Source: Veleropilina oligotropha
Taxonomy: Eukaryota
Direction of reading: 5' to 3'
NCBI GenBank assembly: GCA_048128005.1
Contig: JBEUKZ010000119.1
Location: 62,001 to 126,000 of the forward strand
DNA: 64,000 nt
The notes under the pieces are model-generated. The model saw only the letters and a program-made list of their open reading frames with translations. It did no database searches and had not been told where the DNA came from. Made by a program: the position numbers and the translations under genes. Numbering within the stretch: position 1 is the first letter of the stretch; each line of letters begins with the position of its first letter. Shown piece after piece: positions 32,731 through 45,911 of the stretch.

Positions 32731-33148
32731 AATACAAATATCTTCTAAGAAATTATTTCTAATATTAATCAAATTTGCTCCGAAATTAACGGTCAATCGG
32801 CAAAAAACTACGCAATAATCTAAATGACAGTGAGATGAAAGAAACAAATACCTGTATATAATTTGTTTTATTATATGCCAGTCGTTTTCTGACGCCTATT
32901 CTCGAGCAGTTTTCCGAGACCCTGTAAAAACGGACACCGCTGATATCGATTCAGAAAACGTCTCCTGCGTATATATTCACAGGAAAACGTCTCCTGCTTA
33001 TATATTCAAAATGGCTGACAAATCGTAGGAAATACTTCCAATATAGTCCTATACTATTGCAACCTCCCTAAGTTACAGATTCGTGACTAAAATTACCATA
33101 ATCTTTCGATTCAATTTAATAAGAAACTTGTTGTGGCATATAATAAAA

Positions 33149-33318
33149 ATGTTATCAGTTATTGTGTGGATTCTGGCACATCGGAAACCTCTCGTGACGT
33201 CGTAGTTTTTGCGACGGATAAATCGCTCGAACTTTGTTCTCGCGATTAAACCGCCGCAAAAACTACGACGTCACTCGAGGTTTCCGATGTGCCAGAATCC
33301 ACACAATACTGATAACAT
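33149..33318. repeat. ~170-bp imperfect palindrome (foldback)
   Basis: Arms ATGTTATCAG..GTGGATTCTGGCACATCGGAAACCTC / GAGGTTTCCGATGTGCCAGAATCCAC..CTGATAACAT with a TTT loop. Confidence 0.9.
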
Positions 33319-33429
33319 CATTATATCATTTTTGCCATTGCCTTCATGTTATTCGTTTAAGTGCTTGGAAGTAGCTTATTAGGCTATAAGGCGATCACAA
33401 TGTACACAATATTGTAAGCATAATTTTAT

Positions 33430-33760
33430 TCGACAACTCCCCCGATTATGTACGGAAACATTCACCACGTCACCAGGCTATGTGCCTAAGCATTCGCCAC
33501 CGCTCGACTATGGGCTGAAACATTCGCCTCCTCCCTCATCTATGTGCGGAAACATTCGCCACCCCCTCGACTATGTTTGTAAACATTCGCCACCTCGCTC
33601 GGCTATCGGCGGAAACATTCGCCACTCCCCTTGGCTTTGTTCGGAAACATTCGCCACCCCCCTCGGGTATGTGCGGAAACATTCATCACCCCCTATACCA
33701 TGTTTGAAGACATTCGCCACCTTCCTCGGGTATGTGCGGAAATAATCACCACCTTGCTCT
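33430..33760. repeat. Degenerate minisatellite, ~30-bp unit
   Basis: Recurring TATGTGCGGAAACATTCGCCACCCCCCTCG variants, ~10 copies. Confidence 0.8.
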
Positions 33761-34959
33761 GTTGCTAATGTGTATATATTGTGAGATGGTTTAATAAGGA
33801 GCCGCATGGTAGCATTTTTTTACTTTCATATTATTTTTAAAAATATCTTACTTTACGTGCCTGTCAATGCTGAATAATGACTAAACAATGAATAACGTCA
33901 TGTTAAATTGCACCTTACGGGTTATTATAAGCGCAAAATAACCTGGTATATTTAAAAGCTGAGGAATAGTTTAGTCATATACATTTATTGTATATGATTG
34001 AATCTCAAAGTAATATTTGAAATTGCACGATTATCGTCGGCAGAAACGAAATGACGTCTGGCAGACAAGTCGCAGTTGGATACTAAAACGTCGAGTTTGA
34101 CATGAGTATTTATCTTACTTTAGCTCTTAATACTGCAATCTGATTGGTTAACGTTCCTTCGACAATTACCGTATTCCCCACCCAGGCGGGGTATATGAAT
34201 TATGTATACCTTACGTAGTTGTGTGTACTATTGTGATTTGGAGCGCCCTCGAAGACAAGGGAGATAATTGTGAACATGTCGTCTGTCAAAACATCAATGC
34301 AAATGTTAAGTCTTGGAATCGTCCATCGTTTCGAAAATTTGGCATCAATTTCATTTTACAGTCGTAACGGTTTACACTTTTGACATTTTCATGTAAAATG
34401 AATATCCAATTATCCTTATTTAGCTAATTTTGGTGTTTACTTCGACTTCCTATTATTCTCCTGCGCAGATATGTCATTTCTTTATCGTACTGTACGGAGT
34501 ATTCTTAATTTATCTGCCTGGAGAGTGACGGTTGCTAGGCATTATTATTTCATTCGAATGGGCGCGTCATAATATCTTCAATATGTTATATAATGTATAT
34601 TGGTATGGATGTATTTACCACAAACAAACTTTGTGTATTTTTCAATAATCATGCCAATTATGCTAAATTATCACAGTTATAACGGAAGGAATATTTTTTA
34701 TATTGAACACGAATTTTACATATGATCTTCGGCAGAGTTGAAAACATTATTTTAGGAACGCGTTTTTTTCGTAACAACAATAGCATATATAAAATGGATT
34801 CTTTCACGGAGTTACGAAGTTGGAAAATAAACTTGCTCAAAAGGCTTGATTATATTGTCACACTCCACGTGACGTCATTTTGACCAATCAGATGTCGCTG
34901 ATTTCGCGAAATGAAAATAAGGCTTTCTCTCAGCTATTATAGTCTTAGATATCCCTTGG

Positions 34960-35125
34960 CAATGCATACAGGGGAGAAAGCTTATCATTGTGGTGTGTGC
35001 AGTAAAACATTTTCAGTAGCATGAAGTCGTAAGATGGACATGCTCTATCAAACTGGATAGAAACCACATCAGTGTGGCGCTTGCGATACGAAATTTTCAC
35101 TTTCAATTCATCTTAATTAAGAAGC
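34960..35125 (+). pseudogene. C2H2 zinc-finger remnant
   Basis: MHTGEKAYHCGVCSKTFS...*KPHQCGACDTKFS with stops. Confidence 0.7.
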
Positions 35126-35682
35126 ACTACCTGAATCATATTAGGGATAAATCACAAATGCGGTGTTTATAATCTTGAATTTTTTAGACACAGCGCCCTT
35201 GACAGGCACATACAGCGCCCTTGGCAGACACATACTATCCCACAGGAAAACCACGTGTGCGCCGCATATAACAGGTGTTATTCTCGACGATATCATATGA
35301 AGAAGCTCATGGAAATCCATGACCATTCAAATGAAGCGAAAGCGAACAAAATGTGATTGGTCATTGACAAGATAGATAAATAAATGCAAGTTTTAGTACA
35401 ACCTTCACCTATTGTAAGAATGTAAACACATACATTTAATTAATGTATGTGATGCCTAAACGACCACATTCATCCGATATGTCTAACAGTGCGACAAAAT
35501 GTTAAATACCCGCATCAGTGCACACGTACAGAAGCATATCAAGATCCATGTTGTTACGTCACTTTGTCCCTGAAAGACGAAGATACATGGCGCCGATGTG
35601 CTGTGTGTAGTCAGTGATGTTCACATTTTGATTATCTCAATCAATCAATAGTTGCGACTCAAACAAGGAATGAACGGTATGA

Positions 35683-35772
35683 ATGTTGTGTGTGTTATAC
35701 GTCAGTGTTGTGTGTGTTATACGTCAGTGTTGTGTGTGTTCTACGTCAGTGTTGTGTGTGTTATACGTCAGT
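35683..35772. repeat. 22-bp tandem repeat, 4 copies
   Basis: TGTTGTGTGTGTTATACGTCAG. Confidence 0.9.
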
Positions 35773-37390
35773 CTCGGATCCAGCAAGTCTTTGGGACGCA
35801 ATTCGGTTCGCATAATGGAGAGACCACATTGATGCACCCAGGAAGTCGTAGGGTACACGCTTGAATCCATAGTGGATTTAACCTTGTCAATGAGTTTTGC
35901 GTATACGGTCGTATTGGCACAAGAGGTTCACTGTTGTATTCAACACGAACGCTGGATGAACGTAATTGAAGATCGTGAAGGATCGATATTAAAAAATGTT
36001 ACCTTTGTGAAAATTATCAACTTTCTTCTCACAACAAGCAAACATGTTTCACATTTTGCCTCTGAATTGGACTCATGCAATGTAACGTTCTTCGAAAATA
36101 GCTATGATGAATTATTAGACCGTGGGCCCAGCATAGACCCCCACCCCCCGGGGATATTTCAAGATGATTATTTTCATAATATTTGGACATTTCCCTATCA
36201 CAATCAGGTTGTCTGCAAGCTGAGCATAGGTGGGTGCGGCTGTGGGGGGTCTTTGAAGTAGGGATCCCCAACTACTCAAAATGTGATCTATTTATCTTAG
36301 GTATTGCCAGAACATATACGACCAATCGAAAGATTGGTGATGTAACTGGTCACATTTTTAATGTTTCCCTTCAATATTGGTTGCTCGATGATCGGTATAT
36401 AACAAAATGATTTAATTAAGTTCATTGGTGGTATACCACTAGCGGATCTAGGACCCCCCCCCCTTTGAAAATGCATGAATGAGGCAAAAACTACTTTTCA
36501 TTAAAAACGGTTCATAGATGCTGGTAAGAATATCGTGTTTGCACTGCCAAAATGCATCAGAGGGTCCGACCCCAACTTTTGAAAATGAAAAATGCATGTG
36601 TTTCATTGCGAAAACCCCCGATATATTTACTCATACATAGCTGACACAATTCCGTGAAAATCCGGGCAAAACACGTCCTTTGTTTGCACATTGTCCGCTT
36701 GGTGTAAACAAATTTAAATGCACCATGGAAGCGTATGGTAGCAAATACGCACATAATTACAGATCGTTCGACGCTTCACAAACACTTCTGTCAGAATGCA
36801 CTTAATTATGACAAAAATTGCTGGAAAATCAAGTCACAGGAACACACGCAGATCGACAGCAACTAAATTATAAACAGACAACATTGCCTTCACTTCTTGT
36901 CAGTTTAATAGTTCGAACATTTTTAATATACGTTATGATTTTAAATATTTACCGTTTTGTTGACTTTTTCAATTATTTATATTTTAAAGTTACTAATGAA
37001 ATTGAGTAAATATTTATTCCATAAGTACGAAACTATATTTGATTGCGTCAGAAGAACAGCTGGTGAGTGATTGGGCTTTTGTAATACTCGTACTCGTATG
37101 CAACGTAACCAAACATCGAAATAGCCTTAAAAAGTAACATCACCTCATGCATATAGTCTCAATGTGATATTTCGAGCTTTTTATTACCCTATGTTATGAA
37201 TTTAAATATTTTACAATTATTAATTTATTATTTAATAATACTAAAGAAATGAATAATTATTTATTCCATAAGTACGTAATTATATTTGATTGCGTCGGAA
37301 GAACTACTGGTGAGTGATTGGGTTATTTGAATACGCAGGTAAACACATATGAAAATAATTTTTTCAAGCGTTTTGAGGTGCGAGAAAAAT

Positions 37391-37547
37391 AATGAAGCCC
37401 CACATTTGAGTTCCAGATAGAGAAATATCAGTCTCGGGTGTGATGGTGCAACATCCCAACCTCGGCTAAACACTCGGTTGTGATTTGTTGCGCCATCCCA
37501 CCCTCGACTGATATTTCTCTATCTGGAACTCAATGTGGTGCTTGATT
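37391..37547. repeat. ~155-bp imperfect palindrome (foldback)
   Basis: TTGAGTTCCAGATAGAGAAATATCAGTC / GACTGATATTTCTCTATCTGGAACTCAA arms. Confidence 0.9.
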
Positions 37548-38202
37548 CTATTAATCTTACATTTGAAATGTAAAACAAGTTATGTATTACATGCAGTTAT
37601 TTGAATTGTAGCCATTGTGAGTAACTATATCTGAATCTGTACCGTGGTGAAAGCGGGTTTACAACGCTAACAGTAGTTGCTAACCATTTGAAGGTTTCGA
37701 TAATCAGATGCATTATGGTGACTGGGGTGCCGCAACATATCCTTTGTCACGAACGGAGAGAATTGTCTTTTGAATTGTTATTTAAACCAGAATTGCGTTT
37801 ATTTGAATTGTATTTATGTAGCCAGTGTGGTTAACCATTTTTGAACAAGTACCCTGGTGAAATCGGGATTAACGAGTTACAACGCCAATGGTACTTCCTA
37901 ACCATTATAATTTGATTATCGAAAATCAGATACATTCGGGTGACAATAGCTATTCAGCGCTGATCAAAGGCAGTGGCTTATATTATGTACTCTACATGAG
38001 TCTAGTGGACCCTAGATCTTCCGTCGGCTTACCAGCACCGTATTCACTCGATCGCGTTGTCCCCAGTTTCTCTATGAACCAGAAAGTATCCATACTACAC
38101 ACTAGTTATGACATGCATTAAGGCAACCAACCATACACATGTATTAAATTGGTTTAACTTCATTTTTAAATTATGACGATATTAACATAAACGAGGAATA
38201 TA

Positions 38203-39154
38203 TACTCATCAAAAAAAGTTAAGGACCACTTTTTATTTTTAACATATTTTCTTTATAGCACATATTAAGGGCCAGAAAATGCCTACATATGAATGTCCTG
38301 TATGACCTCCAATACACAGTAATCAATTTCCCATGTGGTTTGTTTCAATTGTTGCATAACTTCTTTGTTAACTTGTCACAACCTGAAATTGGGTGTTTTT
38401 GGTGTGTCAACTTTTTCACAATTTTCATAATTCTAGCCTGAATGTCGTGTCATCAATGCCAGTAGCGAGTATGGCCTCCCCCAGCTGCAATAACAGCCTG
38501 ACACCGCTGTCTCCTTGAGTTTATCAGACGATTAACATCCCTGACATCAATCGCATCCCATGCAGCCTCCAAGGCAACACCAAGCTGCTGCAACCCATTT
38601 GGCTGCACTTCAAGCGCTTCAATTCACCTCCCCATCATGTCCCAAACATATTCTATCGGATTCAAGTCCGGGGATTTCGCTGGCCAGTCCATACGCTCAA
38701 TTCCATGATCCGCCAGGTACTGTGTCACCACCCTTGCTGTGTGGGAACGACCGTTGTCGTCCATGAAAATGAAATTTTCCCCAGCGTTTTCTGCAAACGG
38801 AACCACAAAAGGTTCCACGATTTCATCTCTGTACCTCACACCTGTAATTGCTCCCCTTGGGACCACGTAGAGACGAGTGCGGTGACCGTAGCTGATTCCG
38901 CCCCACACCATGATACTGCCTCCACCATAGCGGTCATGTTCAGCGATACAGGCATTTGCAAATCTCTCTCCCTGTTGTCTCCAGACTCTAACGCGTCCAT
39001 CATTGTGGTCCGCGCTGAATCTGCTCTCATCTGAGAACAGAACACGGCGCCATTGCTGTTGGGTCCATCCCACATGGTCACGAGCCCAGTTGAGACGGAT
39101 TCTTCTGTGAGCAGGGGTTAATGGGATGCATTGCAGTGGCCTCCTGGCATGCAT
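38203..39154 (-). mobile_element. 5'-truncated Tc1 (DD34E) transposon: catalytic domain and 3' end
   Basis: VLFSDESRF, IMVWGGI, FMDDNGRSH, WPAKSPDLNPIEYVW; probable terminus TA|TACTCATCAAAAAAAG at ~38203; DNA-binding N-terminus missing. Confidence 0.9.
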
Positions 39155-41775
39155 GATATTCGAAAATATTCCTTCTCCTTCATCTTTATTGAGATATACA
39201 GTGCTTTAATTCAAATTTCAGTAACAGTTATTAATTTAAGGAGACTTGTTTTGAATAATCGCCTCCCCTGAGAGTCTCGTGAAAAAATAAAACGCCAGTT
39301 TATTCAAGGAAATATGGTACCATTATATTGTGAATTTGACATGGTTTACGTAACTTTGCTTTCTTTTCTAAGGCATTTGGATTTGTTGGAACTTGCAAGC
39401 TGGGTACCGGTACATGTTCGATGTGTGATATCCCAAGAAAATAATTTTCGACACGAAACAGATCCATATATTTCTCATAATATGTGCCAATATAAATACT
39501 AGTAGACCTGCGTACGTACCGGTGAGTGTAGGTCTGTAATCATCTGCGCTGAAGTGACGGCTGCAAACGTAACTATATATGCTTCGGCGGAATCCATAGC
39601 TTCCCTTTGTCCGTTCTCTTCACGGCAACTCTCAATTTAAGTCGCATTTTCTTATATTTTGGGTATGCGTGACTTAATAATGTGATATAACAACCAGGCA
39701 TGGATCAATATTTAGGCATATTTTACGTATTAGTATATCGCGCGACAGTAAAAATTTAGCCGATGCGGAAGCAGTTGTATAGACGCCAAATGCATGGTTA
39801 CGTCATTGCAAAACCCTTATGACAACAAACCGACTGTAGCGCCCTCTATGGCGGACAGTTTCATTGATGTGAACATGTCCATAAAGACTTCTAAACATTT
39901 ATTATTATTATAAATCCGTAATACGCAACATTATATTTGCAATAATAACAATGTTATATGGTGCTTTTCTTCAATTCTTCCATTTTTCGATAGCGACCAT
40001 TTTTTAAATTTCCCTAAAAGCCTAGCGTAACCCAAATATATTGATGTGAACAAGTCTATAAACACTTGTAATCATTTTTCGTTATTATTAATGCATAAAA
40101 CGCAACATTTTATATCGAATACAGCAAAATATGGTGCCTTTCTTGTAATACTCATTTTTCGATGGCGGCCATTTTGAAAATGGCCATAAATTAATGCATA
40201 GCGATGCCCAAAATAATTGATGGGAATGTCTATTTTAATTCGTATGGATCCCATTAACAAAATGAGGAGGATCATGTTGAGTGCAGGACGTCGGTACCCG
40301 CCACATGGACTATACCCCCCCTTACTCACAAGTCGATAAATTGGTTAAAATCACCCGTTTTGTAAAAATACAATTTTCTCAAAATACTCAAAGCTGCCAG
40401 AGTGGCATCCGCCTGTTTCTGAATCAAGGAACCATACATATTAAATAAATGCAATAAAACATTTGGCATTTGAATGATAAATTGTATATAGCCTATAATT
40501 GAAATTCTGAAACAATGTTATATATTATGTTCCTGGATAATGTATTGGAATAAGGCATAATTAACATAATATCTTCATATTTATGTCGTTAGCAGAAGAT
40601 AAAATATATTTATATTAAGATTATAGCCACATATATGGCGCATACAGAGTTATATTAAAGAGGCCTTTCTGCTTTTAAAAATAGCATACCTACTACTTCA
40701 TAGTATAAATATTCACACATCAATGCTGCATAGACATTATACACGCGTCAATTCTTCATTCTATATACATTATACACACGCAATGCTTCATAGTATATGC
40801 ATTGTACACAAGTCAATGCTTCATAGTATATACATGATACAGGCGATCATACTCTAACATTATGGGTGAACATTCAGAGGAGACGTTTCATTTCATGAAT
40901 CATGGGCTGCATGCTCACTGCATTATATAGGGATTGAACTGCAGTTTGCGTTTATGCTGGTATGAACGCAACCAGCAATTACATCTTCTATGGAGCGCGT
41001 AAATATATACATCATACACACGTCAATTTTGCATACAATATACATAGCATATACACACGAGCATTAATTCAGCACCACCTAAATCATTACTTAGTTCATT
41101 TTGTTTCAAACAGGCGACCACACTCTTAACATTATGGGTGAACGTTCAGAGGAAAGGTTTCATTTCATGAATCATGGGCTGCATACTCACTGCATTATAT
41201 CATGCTGAGCTGCATGATATGTTGCTGAATTGATTTGTAAAAGGACAACTAACGCTCCTATCATAAACAGAGGGTAGTGCTAAGTTAATGTTCATGTGTA
41301 TATAATTGTTTTGTGTACGAAAATGTTCTCTTTTGGCTGCAAAACCTCCGTTGACACGTTGTCAGTGGGTAATCACCTTTGCCCACGTAGTGGTGCGATA
41401 ATTAAGGTATTGCAATGTATCAAGATGTCAGTAAGCAGGTTCGATTGCCTTCAAATTTTAACACAAGGTAAACCTGGAAATGCCAAAAAATTTCTACTTC
41501 CATCATTCATCATGCTAGATGGTAAAATACATTTGTTCACCTTTCATTATCCACTGTAAAACATTTCTATTAAGAAAAGTAAAGTTATAGAATCAATATT
41601 TCTACAGTTAGAAGTATATAATCGATATATACTTATACTACTAGTATTTAGTAGATGAAGCCGATACAACTTCGAACTCGCATGTTCGTGTTGGCATGTT
41701 GAGGCTAGCATGTTGAGGCTGGCATGTTGAAGTTGGCAATGTCGTGTTTGAAAGTCTATCATAATATGCGTTCGT

Positions 41776-43758
41776 TGTCACATACCGCAGTAACAAAGAA
41801 AGCACAACACGGTTTCAAAATAACAAACTATTTATTTACAAATACACCAACCCAACCCACAAATATCTATAACTAACAATATCCTACAATTATGTTCACG
41901 TGACTTACTATTAAATTTTACAAATTATAATACTAATTATGCAATAAGAGTTCAGAATCCAGATCGTGAATACGATACCAACACTACTGCTAGTAGGATT
42001 ACTGAAATGAGTACTACTACTCGAATAGTTCCGTTAATACGGTTGTAACACAGCAGTTACATGTTAACACTTCCTGTTGATCTGGGGTAGTGTTCGTTGA
42101 TATATCTAGGAACACCAACGTTGGATCGCCTTAGCCCGCTACACGTATACGTTAGCGCAGTCCAGTCCCCAGTGCACACAGCATCGCCACAGGCATAGTT
42201 TCGTTCCCTCATGCCTGCAAATCCAGACGAGGTCGTCACCAAGTCCACTATTGACGAACGTAGTTGTCGCCGTCACAGAAGTCCCTATCGAAAAGGACTC
42301 CAGACACGTGGTCGCCTCACTCAGAAACGCATAATCTGAGAGGCTCGATCGTGGTCGCGATGTCGGACACAGCCGACCCCAATTCCCTCACGGAAATACA
42401 AACAGTTCCAGCTGGAAGTAAATCAAGCCGTTACCACCAGTATAATTATACTATTTCATACCATGAAATCGTAATACTCAAATTATCATAATATTTTAAT
42501 ATTTCATAACTTATCACATAAAACCAAAATGCATTAGCAATCATAGTAACAATAATTATTGTCAACGTATTACCGCATATACGTGTTCCCGATCAGGCAG
42601 GTCACAATACATCATTAAAACAGAAAATAATATTAATTCAAATCATTCGCAAAAAGAGCAACTATAGCAATGACATTATGTGTAATAATGCTTCATGTTC
42701 TTGATTGTAATCATATAAGCTATAAGAAATGATTTGTCCTACCTCAAACGCTGGATGATAAAGATTTTGACCCGATTGCAACGGCTGACAATCTAAGAGT
42801 GTGGTTTACAGCAGCTCGCTTCGAGATCATCACAATGCTCCATTAATTCTCACAAAAGTCCGTGCATGTCGTATATTTCATTAACCAAGCAGGTACAACT
42901 CAAGGCTAATGCCTCAGTCACATTTGCTCTACGGCTAGGATACGGCGACCGTAGGCCCCCGAAATCGAGAGATACCTGCGGCGACCGCAGAGAATCTGCG
43001 GTGGCCGTAGGGTCGCCCTAGGGCGTATCCCTATATTTACAGGCCGTAGGGGTCGCCGTGGAAATATAACGCGGAGTTATAACATTTTTTCATTTCTAGG
43101 TTCGCCGTAGGAATTAGACACTCCGTAGGCGGTGCCACGGCGACCATACGTCGGGCGTACGGTGACCTTGCGTTTGCCGTGCGGCTGCCCTAGGGCCCAT
43201 TGAATTGCAATTGACATTTGCGGACCCACAAATAATTGCGGCGGCCGCAGGAATTATACGGACGTCCTAGGGCAGCCATAAGGCAGCCTTACGGCAGCCT
43301 TACGGCTACCTTGCGCCTACCTTGGTATTTGTCAAATACCTACGGCTGCAGCAGGGATGCCCTAAGGTGACAGTGCGTCATCACTTCAAAAGCCGTACAG
43401 CAGCCGCAGGTTTTCTGTCGCAACAAATTAAAAATACACCGTACGGCTACCCTAACAAATGTGACTGCTACATATGTGACCGTGGGAATGCTGCGGCGGC
43501 CCTAGAATTGCTACTAGCCGTAGATATTTTAGACTCCACGGCCGCCGTAGCAAATGTGACTGAGGCATAAGCCAATTGCTAAATTATTGTAAACAAGATG
43601 CAATAACCAAATGTGTATTCGTGTATACGTTGAAATAATATTCATACATAAAAAAATACAATCAATACATCTTGATTATACAAGCCTATACTAGTAGACA
43701 AATGACACATTCAAGATAAATATATAACAAAACAATTATTCAACATGTGGCTGCTACA
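41776..43758 (-). mobile_element. Probable solo LTR (~1.3 kb without the nested MITE)
   Basis: TGT...ACA termini; 5-bp TSD TTCGT (41771-41775 / 43759-43763); uninterrupted paralogous site at ~47255-47275; minus-strand AATAAA near 41830. Confidence 0.75.
42910..43567. mobile_element. PIF/Harbinger-type MITE
   Basis: TIR TGCCTCAGTCACATTTGCT / AGCAAATGTGACTGAGGCA; TAA TSD on both sides; internal CCGTAG/CTACGG sub-repeats. Confidence 0.88.
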
Positions 43759-45351
43759 TTCGTATTATGCTATCTCAATTCTGCTGGATTGGCATAGATG
43801 GCGCTGCGGTGTTAAAGTGTTGAAACTAACCGCTCCCTATCTGTCACTCGTCGCTGAGCGGCAGGGCCGTATAGCTACCATGAGGACAGGGAGGGAGGGG
43901 GCAGTTTCCGCCCCCCCCCCCTGAAATCTGGAAAACGCGGACGTAAGACTAATGTGATTCACATTAATAAAACGCTTAGAGTGCAGGCGAGGCCGTTTCG
44001 TATGGGTGAATCCAAAATTTTCTTGTGCGTTGGCGAACCATGGTCCCAAACGCACAAACGTTGACTTCGGGTTCCGGGAATCGCATGGGCGAGTGCTATC
44101 AAAACTGGATTTGCCCCCCCCCCCCAGATACAAACATTTAATATAGTCCTTAGGCTATCCTGGTTTGGATTTTTTACAACAATACCACCTTTGCTTAGAG
44201 ATTTGAAGCACAAAATACTCTGTTTAGTATTCAGGGGAGTTTTTTCATCTTCCATCATAATTTATTTTCTGTTCTGGGACAATCACCAGCAATGAAACTT
44301 TATCTGTGCCTATGAAGACAAAATGTACAGAGTAGTTAATAAATATTGAGCAAATCATTAAATATCATCGTGACTGCAATTCCTCTGTCTTAATCATAAT
44401 CTTTACACATATTTGTAAATTAATTCTATAATTAACAATGACAAACACTTTAAGAAAACATGCACCATCTTAGTACTTATTCAGAACAGAATTATACCAT
44501 TTTAATGCTATTTGGTTAAAAAATAGAAGTCATTTAAATTGTGATTTTATGATGCGCTCAAAATTGTTGACCCCAGACACACAAGTCATGTAAAAAATAA
44601 AAATAAATGTTTTTTCACAACCATCCATTCCTTACTCCATACATCCTAATGAACAAAAAAATATGGTTGTTCTTTGTTCTAGCCTGGGGAGGGGTTACTC
44701 CTGTTTCTAGGGGGCTATGATAAGCATGGCCGCAGCACTAAATGGTGAGAGAACGAAACACGGTACGTAAAGTGAATTGGCGATATAATTTAATCAGGAC
44801 ACCGCATACAGAAAGATGGCGATCATAATTTGTAAACATGTTTATCTCGGATAACATATGGTGAGAATGATATGGCCAGCGGTCACAAGCTGAGTCGCGC
44901 TACATTTATATGTTATTGTTAACCTTCCTTACAACTGCGTCAATATATATTGTCTCGTGGCTGCCGTTTTCGTTCTACGTATTATGCCATCATAACTATC
45001 GACTGAAGTCTGAAGAAAGAAATACGTGCACGTCGGATCTTGTAATTTCGACCCACATTGGAAAAATTACTTTGTGATTCACAAAAAACAAGATGGCTAC
45101 ATTCAAATTGATTAAACTTAGTATTAAAAGTAAAATTTAAATAACATAAGTCCTTCGTTTTTGACGCGAGCTATCGATCTCGCGCGCCATCGCTCGCGTG
45201 AAACGTGTTGGCTGCAAGAAAAAAATCGATCGCATCAAATTCACAGAGTAGAATAAATTAAAAGGAAAAATGATTGGAAAAGTTGTCAAAATACGACAAT
45301 ATTTGGAATGATCGAGTTACCATCGCCAAATGGAAATGCTTGCCAAACGCA

Positions 45352-45911
45352 TTATTGTATCCCCGAAACGAAAGTATCGAGGGATACTATGGTTTAGCGT
45401 TTGTTACGCCTCTAGGCAGGTCGTTTCTTAACGGAATGTTTTCAAATTTGGTATGTGCGTTGGTTGAGGCGAAGACACGACACCTATAGATTTTGGGTGT
45501 GGTCCGACCTCAAATATGGCCACCACGGCCATCATAATTGCGTGTGATCGGTCTAGACAGGTCATTTCTTAACGGAATGTTTTCAAATTTGGTATGTGCA
45601 TTGGTTTGGGTGAGGACACTACACTTATAGATCTCGGGTGTGGTCCGACGTCCAAGATGGACACCATCGAGAGATTCCTCATGATCGCTCTAGACAGGTA
45701 ATTTGTTAACGGAATGTCTTCAAATTTGGTATGTGCATTGGTTTGGGTGGGGACACGACACCTGTAGAATTTGGGTGTGGTCCTACCTACAAGATGGCCG
45801 CTGTGGTCTCCATCTTGGATTTTAAAGCTTAATTCCTTGTGATCGCTCTAAAAAGGTGACGTCATTACCGGGGGATACATATGCGGTCACTCGTGACTGA
45901 GCGTCTAGTTT
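45352..45911 (+). mobile_element. Non-autonomous Helentron/HINE-like element with ~140-bp internal tandem repeats
   Basis: Subterminal IR TGTATCCCC (45356) / GGGGATACA (45871), 3' hairpin CGGTCACTCGTGACTG, then CTAG plus T-run; three core repeats at ~45418, ~45559 and ~45696. Confidence 0.75.
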
